From Tegillarca granosa (taxonomy: Eukaryota), in the NCBI GenBank assembly GCA_029721355.1, contig CM056607.1:8403309-8467308 (forward strand): a DNA stretch of 64,000 nt, read 5' to 3'. A program made the position numbers and the translations under genes. Below the pieces are notes generated by a model. The model did not search any database, was not told the DNA's origin, and saw only the letters and a program-made list of their open reading frames with translations. This document shows positions 1 through 13,300 of the stretch, piece after piece; within the stretch, counting starts at the first letter, position 1; every line of letters begins with the position of its first letter.

Positions 1-840
1 TACATGCCAATACAAAAAGTTAATAGTTTCCAAGATAATTAACAATTTCAGTCTTTTTATGCACCTATGACATTGACCTTTGAATGTATGACCTTGAGTC
101 ATATATCAAAATGTTCGTCGTGTCAATACCTACAATATTCTAAAATACATGCCTATACAAAAAGTTTATAGTTTTCAAGCTAACGCACAATTTTAGTCTT
201 TTTTAGCAAAAAAATAACATTTCAGGGGCAACAACTCCTACAAGCATTAACATACAGTTACGAAACTTTGTACCTTTTTACATTTTGTCCTGCTAAACAT
301 TTTAACAATGTTTTAATATTATATATCTCTTATAATTTGGAAGAAAAAAGCCTAAAACTGCACAAATTACAAACTAGGTCATGACCTTGAACTTTGACCT
401 TGACCCCATTTTGAAGGTTATTTCAAGAAAAAGTCAAAACTGAAAACCCCATGTCAATATCTATTCATATAGTCAAGTTATAATAATTTGAAGCCATTTT
501 ACGAAATTTTCAAAATTTAACACAAAAACGCGTAACCTAATTTTTTTACCAAATTTCACGAAATAAACAACTTATAAGCCTAAGACCCTAGAGAAGCCAA
601 ATATCACATCAGATTTTTTCTCCCATCATCGCTTTTGGAGAAGAAGATTTTTTAAGTTTTTTGGAACCATGGGTCACCTTGACCTAGTTTTGGGAGCCAT
701 GACAACGTCACGAACAAATCTGAATTGCACTGACCCATATATGCATCCGACAAAGTTTCATTGAAATCTACCTCATAGTTTCAGACAAGAAGTCGAAAAT
801 GTAAAAGTTTAGGCCGCGGACACCGCCGCCGCCGACGACA

Positions 841-878
<38 letters not shown>

Positions 879-900
879 TTCAGGTGAGCTAAAAAACTCT
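1..900. repeat. Degenerate satellite-like repetitive region. It has an internal ~145-bp duplication (1-60 vs 145-205) and a 3' tail hairpin motif.
   Basis: The motifs tacatgccaatacaaaaagttaatagtttccaag and atacatgcctatacaaaaagtttatagttttcaagc are repeated. GACC-rich motifs such as ggtcatgaccttgaactttgaccttgacc resemble the 145-bp satellite unit. The terminal agctcacttgagccttcggttcaggtgagctaaaaa (860-895) is shared with 17476-17513. Confidence 0.45.
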
Positions 901-1071
901 TTTAAAAAGTAAGACATTGTTTCAAACACAATAGGTATAATTGCCTACGATAATTAGAAACCTTCCAAGTAAATCCAAACCAAACCAGTCTTGCTATCAT
1001 GCCACATCAATATTCTGTATTAAATTTGTGAATGATATGGGACATTTACAAGTTTTTTAAGGTGGAGGGGC

Positions 1072-1073
<2 letters not shown>

Positions 1074-1149
<76 letters not shown>
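1074..1149. repeat. (GA)n microsatellite, about 37 units with one interruption.
   Basis: Direct reading of the sequence. Confidence 0.95.
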
Positions 1150-1151
<2 letters not shown>

Positions 1152-1241
1152 AAATGGAAATTTCCAATTCATTTCAAGATAAGGTCATTTACAATATATG
1201 TTAACATTTATAATATGATCTATGAAATTGTAAAAACTAAC

Positions 1242-1398
1242 TTGTACTCTGTGCCTCCAGCCTTCTTGAAACATTCTATCATCTGTGGAATTTCATGTTC
1301 TACAACGGCAGGCAGCTGTCCATCACCTACACCATCACGATACACAATAATCCTTTCTGGTAGTATACCATTAACCTCATGGTATTTCTCTAAAGCAC
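1242..1398 (-). CDS. piwil1: piwi PIWI-domain exon 15 ([52 protein letters not shown]+aa). It contains the RDG catalytic-Asp motif.
   Basis: Acceptor is ttctaattgtag|GTGCTT and donor is TACAA|GTTAGT. It matches PIWIL1 [53 protein letters not shown]. Confidence 0.85.
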
Positions 1399-4300
1399 CT
1401 ACAATTAGAAACTTACTATTGAATTCCAAAATCAATATGATACGCATAAAATAAACAATCAGTATGATGCATAAAAGGGACCATGCCATGTCCAATTGAA
1501 AATCTTTTGGTAAATCTCAGTAATCTCAGGAATAATGCTGTGTTGTACCAAACTCTTAACATTTATACTGAGGTGTACAGTTCTTGGATGGTAGAAGAAA
1601 CTAGTGCGTCAAGAAAACTACCAAATTTCAAAAGCAAACTGACAATCTTAAATTATGATTAGCCAGAGTGAGATTAGAACCTAGGTGACGAGAGGCAGTG
1701 TAATCTGTAAGCACACTCTAAAAACCACCCAGCCTTTGAGGCCCCTCAGATATTGGGATCAATTATGTAAATACAACTTGCTTCAAATTACAATTCACTA
1801 CAATGATGTTCTGTACCTTCTTAACCATACATTGTGTTAATGACAATTTAAACTAGAATGTATACTTGCGAGCAAGTATATGTCTGCGTATCAGCTCTCT
1901 AAAGTGGTGCTCCAAACAGCAGAGGAAATTCCAAGAAAGAAAGAACTCTCTGGAATTCCATGGTTTTAACCGGATTTCTCTGAAGTTCTTCCGAATTCTG
2001 AAAAACGGTAAAGCGACCTGCCAATGGTCAATCCCTACCAATTGACAAAATTTCAACCTGATCGGATAAGAAATATAGGAGATGTCTCTGAAAAAATCTG
2101 TCAGAAACGAGGAACAATAATTATAATAATAAAGATTATGAGTAACAACAAGATGTCTGCTGATACGTAGACATAATTATTTGCTGTAACTAACCAGAAA
2201 CACATAAAATTATTTTAAATGGTGACATTTGTTTTGCCATATAGTAAAATTTAATGATTCAAATAAGCACCTTTTAACCTGTACATTATAGAGGCTTCTG
2301 TAGGACCAAGGTATTAAACTAGTTTTCAAGGACTTACCTCGGAGTTTGATTGTCATGTTGTCTACTAGTTCTCCTCCACTCATGTGGAATGCAGTACTAG
2401 AATAATACCTAGTTAAACTTTTGTTCATGCTAGCTACTATACCTCCAACGGAGCGGCCTTTCTTAGCCGAATCGTGATAAGTATCAATTCCTACCACCAT
2501 CAAATTTTTAAGCTGTTAAAAACAAAGGCAATTTCTTTCAATATAAAATGCAATTTCTTTTTCTTTTTGTATTAATACATAAAATACTTATTGATTGATA
2601 GTTCAAAAGAAAGATTCACTTTGGTAATCCACCAAATATATAAATCATCATTTCATCCTAACATACATTAATATTTGTCAGTAAATGTTAGTAAGCTAAA
2701 AGTGTTAGTTAAAATGACATACATGCAAGATAATCTAATTCCACAAAAACTGTAAAATCCCTATTCTAAGAAAACTTTTATTCCTGTGAAAACTGGACTA
2801 CTGAGTCCTGATTAATTACTTCATTTCTAAAGGTAGAATCCTTTGTAAACCTGGTTCTGAAAATTTTGAAAACCAGACAAATTTTGTCATCTGGATTACA
2901 TAAAACCAATATAAATTTACTTTTGTAAAGTTCACAAATAGAACAGTGTGAACAGGAAATAGTAACCACCTCCAAACCAATGCAACAAGTCAATAAAATT
3001 AGGTATTTTATATTTTAAAATTCTGATTTAAAGGATTAAACTCCATTAAATTAAAATAATTTTGCTTTAACAGTGCAGGCTGTCGGCCCTTCTAATTTAA
3101 AAGGGGTTATTATGTCAACTAAATGTTTGAAAACATTTTTGGTTGTGTCCCCACCCACTACATAACTGGGCTGACTAATGGTGTGTTTTTGCTTGTACAA
3201 GCAAGCTATGATAATATTTTAACTTTTTGACAAAAACATTTCTAATTTCTGAAAAAAATTACGGAAATGCCTTATATCACTATACAGTTAGTAGCTACAC
3301 ACAGAGTAACAGATTAAAGCTGAAAAAATTGTGTTATAAGAAAATTAAAGCAAAATAAACTAAATATACATGAAGACACTTTTCAAAAGCTAAATACATG
3401 TATATTGTTGCATATTAGTATGCATAATGAATTGAAAATTGCTTAAAATATCAATGCAAGATTTTATAAGCTGGAATACAATGTTTTTAGTAAAGCAAAA
3501 GAAAATTAAACCAAGCAAAGCAGACTGAACTGAAATAAAAAGCAGTTAATATCAACACAACAAACATGCCATAGCTGCAGACACAGAAAACACTGAAAAT
3601 GACAACATGAGTGCAACAACTGAGAACTGAAAAAACAATTACAAACACTGAAACAACAAACAACAAAATCTAATAAAATTCTTAACAAGCTATAAAATAT
3701 ATAATTGAAGCATGCATATAAATGAATGAATGAATGAATGAAATGATACAAATATGACAGTGAAAATTCTGCCCGAAAAATATGCAACTCAAGATGAAAT
3801 TTTGAGTTATCCAACCAAATGAACCAGCAGTAGAAACTGATACCTACCATCACAACTGAAACCTATGCATTTCTCAATTTTGACAACAAAAGTTAATACA
3901 ATAAGTTATGACAAGAAAACAATGTTATTTGTATAAAATATCCATAATGGTAGGTACTAGATAAAGTGTAGGGGATGGTGTCCAAGTTGAATCATTGTTC
4001 AAAAACACACAACAATAAAGCTGAAGCTAAAATTGAGAAGTAAACTAACTACTTAATCAGCAACACTATCACTTGGTTACCAAGCATGACAGAAAGGAAC
4101 AAGTATAAATGAATGAATTACAAATAATTTATCTTTTGTTTTACAAAGTTCAAAATTTATCAAGGGAACCCAAACCTTTCATGCAAACTTTAAGACCATC
4201 CAGTAATTCCTGCATATTATGTTGGAAGGTACATCTTGAATAGTAACGTGTCAAAGCTGTATTCATACTGGCAATGACGCCACCAACAGAACGACCTTTC

Positions 4301-7300
4301 TTCGAGGAATCATGATAGGAATCAATACCAACAACCATGATATTCTTTAGCTGTGATGATAATAAAAATGGAAGATAAAAGTACATGAAAAAAAATAAAG
4401 GTATGAATAGGGAGAATGAAATTCTATACAAGAAGAAATAAATTTTCACAATTTAGAATCAATGACTTGATGATTGTGGCATTACATCTGTACCATGAAA
4501 ATGCACAAAGATAACATAATTGAAAACACACAAATTTAATAATACATGCTAATAAAAATCAAGAAATGTTTTGGTTAAACATTTAAAAATAAAAGAAATA
4601 TCCACACTTCTATTAATCTGTGAATAAGACCACTGCACACATATTTTTGCACTTAAATGAACTATATATATATTTTTTAATTTATAAGCACTTAAATTAA
4701 TAGTAACAATTATACATAGCAGTTTAAAGTAAATACATAAAAAGAAAGTTACACTTTGTTTTATTTTTACAGACAAAATTTTTTATAAATTTTATATAGA
4801 CTTGTTGAAGATTGTTCACCTAGTAAAGAAGAGCTGTTGTAATATCAATCAACTATAACAAGTAAAATCAATATATCAGCATTTGGTCAATTTGTTGAAA
4901 ATTTCTTGCATTGTAAGAGTGAAATGTAACATGATTAAGACTGATTGCTTTAACAAGTAGCCTAGTGGGTTCTTTAACACTTTAACTGGCACTGCAGACA
5001 TCTCAACAAGGATCCGTTTTACCACATTTGGATCTATCTGACCTGGTGTTTTCAGAGTTAAAAAAATAAGCTTGAATAACGCAATATTTTTTATAAACCA
5101 TGAAAATGTGTTGATAGGAAATTTGTTTTATTTGTTAAGTGACAATTTTTCCTTCTATATTTCAAACTTTATCCATATTTGTTCACAAATATATCTTCAA
5201 CAGCTATTTGAAATGTATCTAGTTTTAATTATTATTAATATTTATAGTAAATGTAGCCATTTAAGAGTTTGACAGATATGCAATTTTTTTAACTCGCTGA
5301 AAACCAAGGATTTTCTTCACCAAATTTGGTTCTATTTTGCCTAGTGATTTCAGAGGAAAAGGCCTCAGCTGACTATAGCTTATTTTACTGAACTTAAATG
5401 AACCCAATACCAAATTTATACTCTATTTGAATTTAACTTTTTCCTCTGTGGATAAGATTTTTATTAAGACTGACAAACAATTCTCAGTTTTAATCAAAGT
5501 ATTTACAAAATGTCATCATAGATATTTGTTTTATTTCTAGACTAGAACTCGGCGTATACAGGCTTGTTATGTTTGCATCACTATGTAGTCCCATTGTATA
5601 GACTGCAACAAAATTATTATTCAAACACAACACACCAGTGGATTATTCATATCAATAACTGTAAATATAAGCACAATTCTACAGTATTCTAAGGGCTTGG
5701 TTGTTCAAAATTCTTAGCTTTTCCACTTTTTTGATAAAATTAATATTTCATTAAACTTCTTACTTAATTTTACATTTCAGATAGAAAATGTCTTTCCCCC
5801 ATCTTCTTCTATAACTTTGTTGAAACACAAATTTTCATTAACCAACTGTTTATCTAAGCCAAGACAATTTGAATAACTTGCCCCAGGTGTAACAATCCAA
5901 TGTAATACACACTTCACATAAGGCATTAAGTGATCACTTATATAAATATATACTAACCGGAATCTCGAGTGCCCAAACTTCACCACCCATTTTACAGTTC
6001 AGTTGTATACAGATCTTTGTTGCTACAGACATTAACATCTGTTTCTTTGCTAGTGTTCTTCCAACAATCACTTGACTTGGAACTGAAAGGGAAAGAAACA
6101 AAATTTTCTTTATATGATTTGAACATTAATTTACACCCAACTTTGACAATATTTTAAGACCTTGATGCCATAAAGAACACAAAAGGGCATTTAAAATTCA
6201 TATTTCAGTCAAATACTAGACATATGTAAAATTAAAATATTGAACAGCTACTTTACTATATGTTAAAGTAAAATATTGAACAGCTACTTTACTATATGTT
6301 AAAGTAAAATTTTGAACAGCTACTTTACTATATATTAAAGTAAAATATTGAACAGCTACTTTACTACAAATTAAAGTAAAATATTGAACAGCTAATTTAC
6401 TACAAATTAAAGTAAAATATTGAACAGCTACTTTACTACAAATTAAAGTAAAATATTGAACAGCTACTTTACTATATATTAGAGTAAAATATTGAACAGC
6501 TACTTTACTATATAATAAAGTTAAATATTGAACAGCTACTTTACTATATATTAGAGTAAAATATTAAACAGCTACTTTACTATATAATAAAGTTAAATAT
6601 TGAACAGCTACTTTACTATATATTAGAGTAAAATATTTAACAGCTACTTTACTATATATTAGAGTAAAATATTAAACAGCTACTTTACTATATATTAGAG
6701 TAAAATATTGAACAGCTACTTTACTATATATTAGAGTAAAATATTAAACAGCTACTTTACTATATATTAGAGTAAAATATTGAACAGCTACTTTACTATA
6801 TATTAAAGTAAAATATTAAACAGCTACTTTACTATATATTAGAGTAAAATATTGAACAGCTACTTTACTACAAATTAAAGTAAAATATTGAACAGCTACT
6901 TTACTATATAATAAAGTTAAATATTGAACAGCTACTTTACTATATATTAGAGTAAAATATTAAACAGCTTCTTTACTATATATTAGAGTAAAATATTGAA
7001 CAGCTACTTTACTATATATTAGAGTAAAATATTGAACAGCTACTTTACTATATACTAGAGTAAAATATTAAACAGCTACTTTACTATATACTAGAGTAAA
7101 ATATTGAAAAGCTACTTTACTATATACTAGAGTAAAATATTGAACAGCTACTTTACTATATACTAGAGTAAAATATTGAACAGCTACTTTACTATATACT
7201 AGAGTAAAATATTAAACAGCTACTTTACTATATACTAGAGTAAAATATTAAACAGCTACTTTACTATATACTAGAGTAAAATATTGAAAAGCTACTTTAC

Positions 7301-10300
7301 TATATACTAGAGTAAAATATTGAACAGCTACTTTACTATATACTAGAGTAAAATATTGAACAGCTACTTTACTATATATTAGAGTAAAATATTGAACAGC
7401 TACTTTACTATATACTAGAGTAAAATATTGAACAGCTACTTTACTATATATTAGAGTAAAATATTGAACAGCTACTTTACTATATATTAGAGTAAAATAT
7501 TGAACAGCTACTTTACTATATACTAGAGTAAAATATTGAACAGCTACTTTACTATACATTAGAGTAAAATATTGAACAGCTACTTTACTATACATTAGAG
7601 TAAAATATTGAACAGCTACTTTACTATATATTAGAGTAAAATATTTAACAGCTACTTTACTATATACCAGAGTAAAATATTGAACAGCTACTTTACTATA
7701 TACTAGAGTAAAATATTGAACAGCTACTTTACTATATACTAGAGTAAAATATTGAACAGCTACTTTACTATATATTAGAGTAAAATATTGAACAGCTACT
7801 TTACTATATAATAAAGTTAAATATTGAACAGCTACTTTACTCAATATGTACAATTTGTAATAATAATGTAACTTATAATTTTCCTTAAAACCAAAGTTTT
7901 TTTCCCACATTTCAGTCTTCAGCCAACAATCTTTGCTACCAGATAAAATTATAATACACCAACAACTTTTAAGCCACTTTTAATTTTCATTCTTGAAGCT
8001 AGATTTCTTCTTTACTGAAACCAACTTGGAAAGTAGTCACTATCTGCCAAGTTACCAATTTGCGACACAAGTATTTAATATTTAACTAAAACTCTTTGTG
8101 TCATCCTGCACCCCATGCATGAAAAAATAGGTTATATTTTGTTTTTTTGGAAAGTAGAGAGTGGGTCAATCTAGAATGAAAATTAGTCCTACCTGGATGG
8201 TCAACACAACAGAATTTTTTTATTGCATCATAGCGATCTTTCCTATTACTTGGCAAGATACACACTACCATCTGTGTATTTGGTTCTATATTCTGCCGTA
8301 AAGCTGCCAAATACATATCGTTACTGTCTCTTTCTATCTGTATTCTACAAAAGAACATGAAACTTTTAAAACCAGTTTCACTGTAAATCTTAAATTTGCC
8401 ATTTATCATGTTAATTTTTTTTTTCATTTGGGCCCTATGGCCATGATTTGGGGAAATTACAACTTATCAAATAGATACCACAAAAATATCTTATGCATAG
8501 CTCTTCTACATTTGTCAAAAATGATTTTCCTTAATTAGGGCCCAATAGTCAAAATTAAATTTAATATTACTTGTCCCAAGGCTGTTACACCTGATATATC
8601 ATCAAAGATCGAACTTTTATATTAAATGTCAGATATCGTATGAATTTTAAGTTTATTGAGCATTTCCCTATTTGAGCTCCAATGCACATGTAAATAAAAT
8701 ACATTATTATCAAAGTTAAAATGACATATTTTTACAACTTTTAAACCAGATTCAACATCAACATAGTCAATAAGCCAAAAATGTGCTAATGTTAAAAAAG
8801 ACTTGTAAAGCAAGAACCTCATTATCATATCTTGATTTAATCATTCACGTATATTCATTTAATCTCTATCATTGTATTTCTTCATAACTTACGGAGCTGG
8901 TCCGTTTATTCTCATGCCCATTGGAGGTCCAACACGTTTTAATGTTTGTGAAAAATCTTCTGCCATAGAACAGTTTCTGTTTGTGAAAATAAGTACCCAT
9001 CTGTCTAAACTAACTGGTGTTACAAGTTCTTTTCCTCTCATTTCTCTGGACCAGTCAGCTTCATCCTTGTTGCCCAACTAAAAGAGAAGAATGCTTAGTT
9101 TAGAACCTTTGGTTAAAGTGTTGTCTCTGGTTAACAGCATCAAACAACTGAAATTGTACATCAAAGATTGGTTCATCAGTGACCTTGCCCCTTTAGAATT
9201 TTTAATGAACCTTGATGACCAACAAGTCTATATGTAAATTGCACATTTACAGATAATTTGTCTGTAATGCATATACAAATACTAAATACAATCTAAAATA
9301 ATGAAACATGTAAACCGATTTATCTTTATCCTTTTACGAATTTATGTCATAATGGTGCTGTTGTGTCTTTTAACACAAAACTCACTTTTTAAGGACTGAA
9401 CTGGCAAAATGATAATGCTACAGCTTGGCAACTCCATATAATGTAACTGTTAATTCATTAATACAGCATTTATATCTACAAACTCTCTTTGATATAATTG
9501 GAATATCTAGCAACAAAATATTGTCCTACCTCACAATTTTTCTGGTAGATCTTTTCTTTTGGCAGTACCCTGGCATTCAGTGTTAACAAGGCATCAGAGA
9601 ATCTCAATCTCCAACCAGCCATTTCTTGTCTTACTTGTTGATTTCTGAAATAAATGAGAGGTGTGTAACATTTAACACAAGAAAGTTAGACTACATCAAA
9701 TAATTTATAGATTTTTTAAAATAAAAGTTTCTTCGGGTGTATCATTTAAAACAGAGTTTAAATTGTCAGATGATTTCAGGATATCATTTTAGGATTTCAT
9801 GTATCTGATTAGTAATTATTTTCACATGCTATATGTTTGGCAAATCTATTGAAAAAATTTTGCATTACCCTGAAAAAAAAATCACCAGAACCTGTCCTAG
9901 TAGATAGTGTAGATTTACAATCCTCATGTTGCAGAAATTCCCAACAATTTAGACATAATTTAGTCACCATTTTTCCTCCTGAGTGAAAAGGGTAACACCT
10001 GCCTCTAAAAACAATATTTAATCATCAAGTCCAGTAAATAATCTAAACCCTAAATTTACTGATAATGTTGTATGTGATTTACTATGCAATCAAGAAGATT
10101 TAGATATTATTCATTGCCTAAACCCTATACATAAAACCTACGATATACATGTATGTATATGCAGTCTTGATCATAACATGAGCTTTCAGAAAAGTATGGT
10201 GTCTAGTCCATTTATTTAACTTATTAATGTTGAATGACCATGACGACATCAATGCCAGAGTATGACAAACTTTTCCGAGGACAACTTACGTATTGATCTG

Positions 10301-13300
10301 TTTAATGAATTCTGTCAGTGTTGTTGATCTTCCTTCTGGAGCAACTCTTGTGTGTGTGGCAACATCTTTCATCACATTGAAATCTGCTCTTGCTTCATCT
10401 GAAAGGCCTGAAGAAGGGATTAATGTATACTAATTACTGAATCAAACTTACCTTATTAATGCCAAAATCAAAGCAAAAATGTATAAAGAATTCAAGTTGC
10501 ATGGTTCCCTTTCCATCTTCTGTTCAATTTTAATTCAGGGCTATTCAATTAAAACATATAAGGCACCCGGGGACGGCAATTTAATAAAAATATATGCCAG
10601 GCTGGTCAGAATGGAAAAACAAATCTATCGTATGTTGTGTTGAACATAAAAAACATCTATGGGTGGTTGATCTAACATAATCTCTCCAAAAACATTAAAT
10701 ATAAGTCTATGGGTTCGCCGGTAATTTTATCGTTAAAATTTTGGTAATTTCTAGTGTTCCATATCGTAGTAAAACAGTCATTTCCGAATGGACGAAATCT
10801 GTGTCAATTTGCCCTGGACACACTTTCGCTGGCCCCGAGTATGTTCAACCTACATCCGTTCAGAAAATAACTGATTGTTAAGGACAATAGTTTGAAGTCT
10901 TCTCTGCATTTTAAAATAAGATACGTCTTGAAAAAAATCAACTTATTGATAACGGAATAAAACCATATTAAAAGTAGGGCGAATGAATCCAGGACGAAAC
11001 GTGAATCAGGCAAAGTATATTTTAGGACGAATAGACCCGATAATCGAAAGTACGAGTAACTGCCCTTGTTTTCAGTTTTGTTCTGCATCGTGACTGACAC
11101 CAATAACGACTAATGGTATTTTGTGCAAAAACATTCGGCAGATGAAGTTTCAAGTTTATATATCCATTTATGCCATATGAGGATGTAAGAGTTTTGGGAT
11201 AAATAAAATCTTGTGATTAAAAAAAAAAATGAATAAATAAATTCTGTGGGGGGCTGTAAATTGCAGAAAATTGCATATATGGGTGGTCATAAGAATTTGT
11301 AAATCTCTTCTATGGGTGGTTACCCAAAATCAAAAGTGCCTTCCCCGGGTACCTCATATGTTTTAATAGAACAGCCCTCAGTTTAAGTGACATAAAATCC
11401 CTGAAATTAAGACTAATTTTCTTTCAAAGAATATTTATTAATCTTAGTTGTTCAACATCACAGAGACCTATAAAGCTGGCCATCATAGGCACACGCAAGC
11501 TTACATATGAACCTTTCCAGTTCCTCCTGTCATTATATCAAAATTTCAACATATCAAACTTTGCATTTTAAACCTTACCAGTAAGAAGGCATAATTCTGG
11601 TATAAGATAAATAGGATCTGCAGATTGTCCCGGTTTCAGATCTTTCTTCTTTGGTCTACTGACCAATAATGGCTGTTCAGGATCCTTTATTTGTATACCA
11701 TAAGCCTGAAACAAGACAACAAACATGAACAGCAATTCTAACCCCAATTAGACATCATTTTGTTGTATAGTGTGTATGACTAGACAACATTCTGTTATAT
11801 AGTGTGTATGACTAGATTGTGTGATGACCTAATATGGTTTATACACTCAGGCCTTTTACAGGCCCAGATATGAAATTTATTGACCCTATATAAACCCAAA
11901 AAGTCACCATTTACAGAAATCCCTCAAAATTTTTTTCCATGTTACAAATTTCAATAAAATCGTTTAAAAAATTAACCAGTAATGACCATTTGAAGGTTTT
12001 TACTATTTATTGTTTACTGCAGCTATTTTGGATTTCAGATGGACTTTTAAGGATAAAATTTTGAATCATTACCACCCAAGGATCATCCATATCAAATTTT
12101 CTTGTAATTGGTCGTGTGTATATATAGAATAATCCATGGCAAAATCCATATCATATGCCATATCAGACCGAGGGCTTTAGCCCGAGGTCTGATATTGGTC
12201 GAGGTCTGATATGGCATATGATATAGATTTTGCCATGTTTTATTCTGTTTATCATTTACTTAAAATTTCAACATGTAGAACAGATGCTATATTACATACA
12301 GAATGTAAAAAATATTAACTTGCATAAATGTGATGAAAAGTGCATTCCTAAAAACAATTTTAACTCAAAGAAATTTTTTTAATACCAGAAAGCTCTATTA
12401 AAATGGTACGTCTGTAGTTAATTTATTAGATTTCTAGACATCGTGTAAAAACGTTGGACATCAAGAGATTTGTTAATCAAAATATGACAAACATACGTTG
12501 AGGCAGACCTTGTTTATGATTTTGGGCCCCTTTACAGCTTTATCTGTCATGAAAAAGGTTGCCAAATGGATGTCAAGTTCAGGGGCGCTGAGATCTTCGA
12601 TGTTTCTGGTCTCTTTCCTTGATTTTAACCATGTACTAAATTTGTTCACATCAGAGTTTGTCTTTCAAACAGTGTTAAGATTCCTAATTTTCTCCACAAT
12701 CTCATGTGTAGCTGTAGATTCATCTCTTTCTCGATTCCTCCTTTCAATCATATGGTCCAAATCCATAATTCGATAAGCCAATGAATACATTACTTTTAGA
12801 TAGACAGTTTGTTTACAAACAAAACCACTGCCTTCTGGATATTCCTCCTCAGCTGGGCGAACCTTTGTAAGAACAAACGATGCCATCCGAGGAGTTTCGA
12901 AAGCATAAATATACATATGGATAAGATCCGTTTGTTCCAAGTAGCCGGTCTGATATCGATATCAGACCGGTGATACAGCTTTTCCGACCAGACACGTGCG
13001 GTTGGTGATATGGATCACATGATTTTAGCTGTATCCAAGCATACAGAAATTACATATTCAGTACTAAGTATATGATAAATTATATTATTATTGCGAAAAA
13101 AAATATTGTACAGAAAAACCTGTTACACTTTTTTTTTTTGTTTGTTTCAAAATTAGCCCAAAACTGAAATTGCAATGGCCATTAATAAATGTAGGTTTTT
13201 CTATCAATAGTAACATGAGCCATTGTGGATTTCTGACAGAAATAAAGGATAATTTTTTTTATTTTTACAATTTTATCAATCAAGGACCTTCCATACCAAA

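Noticed and set aside
2778-2993. Minus-strand ORF with weak similarity ([17 protein letters not shown]) to the Piwi KKRVNTRFF motif
   Set aside because: It lies upstream of exon 14b and exon 15 on the minus strand, whereas this motif follows the RDG exon in Piwi. There is no flanking splice-site support. Probably chance or a decayed duplicate.
7248-7910. 220-aa minus-strand ORF
   Set aside because: Entirely inside the 36-bp satellite (36 = 12 codons). The protein is a perfect [11 protein letters not shown] repeat, so it is an artefact.
12665-12940. 91-aa ORF considered as a possible piwi exon
   Set aside because: The real exon for this protein segment is at 11579-11705. This ORF sits inside a foldback element.
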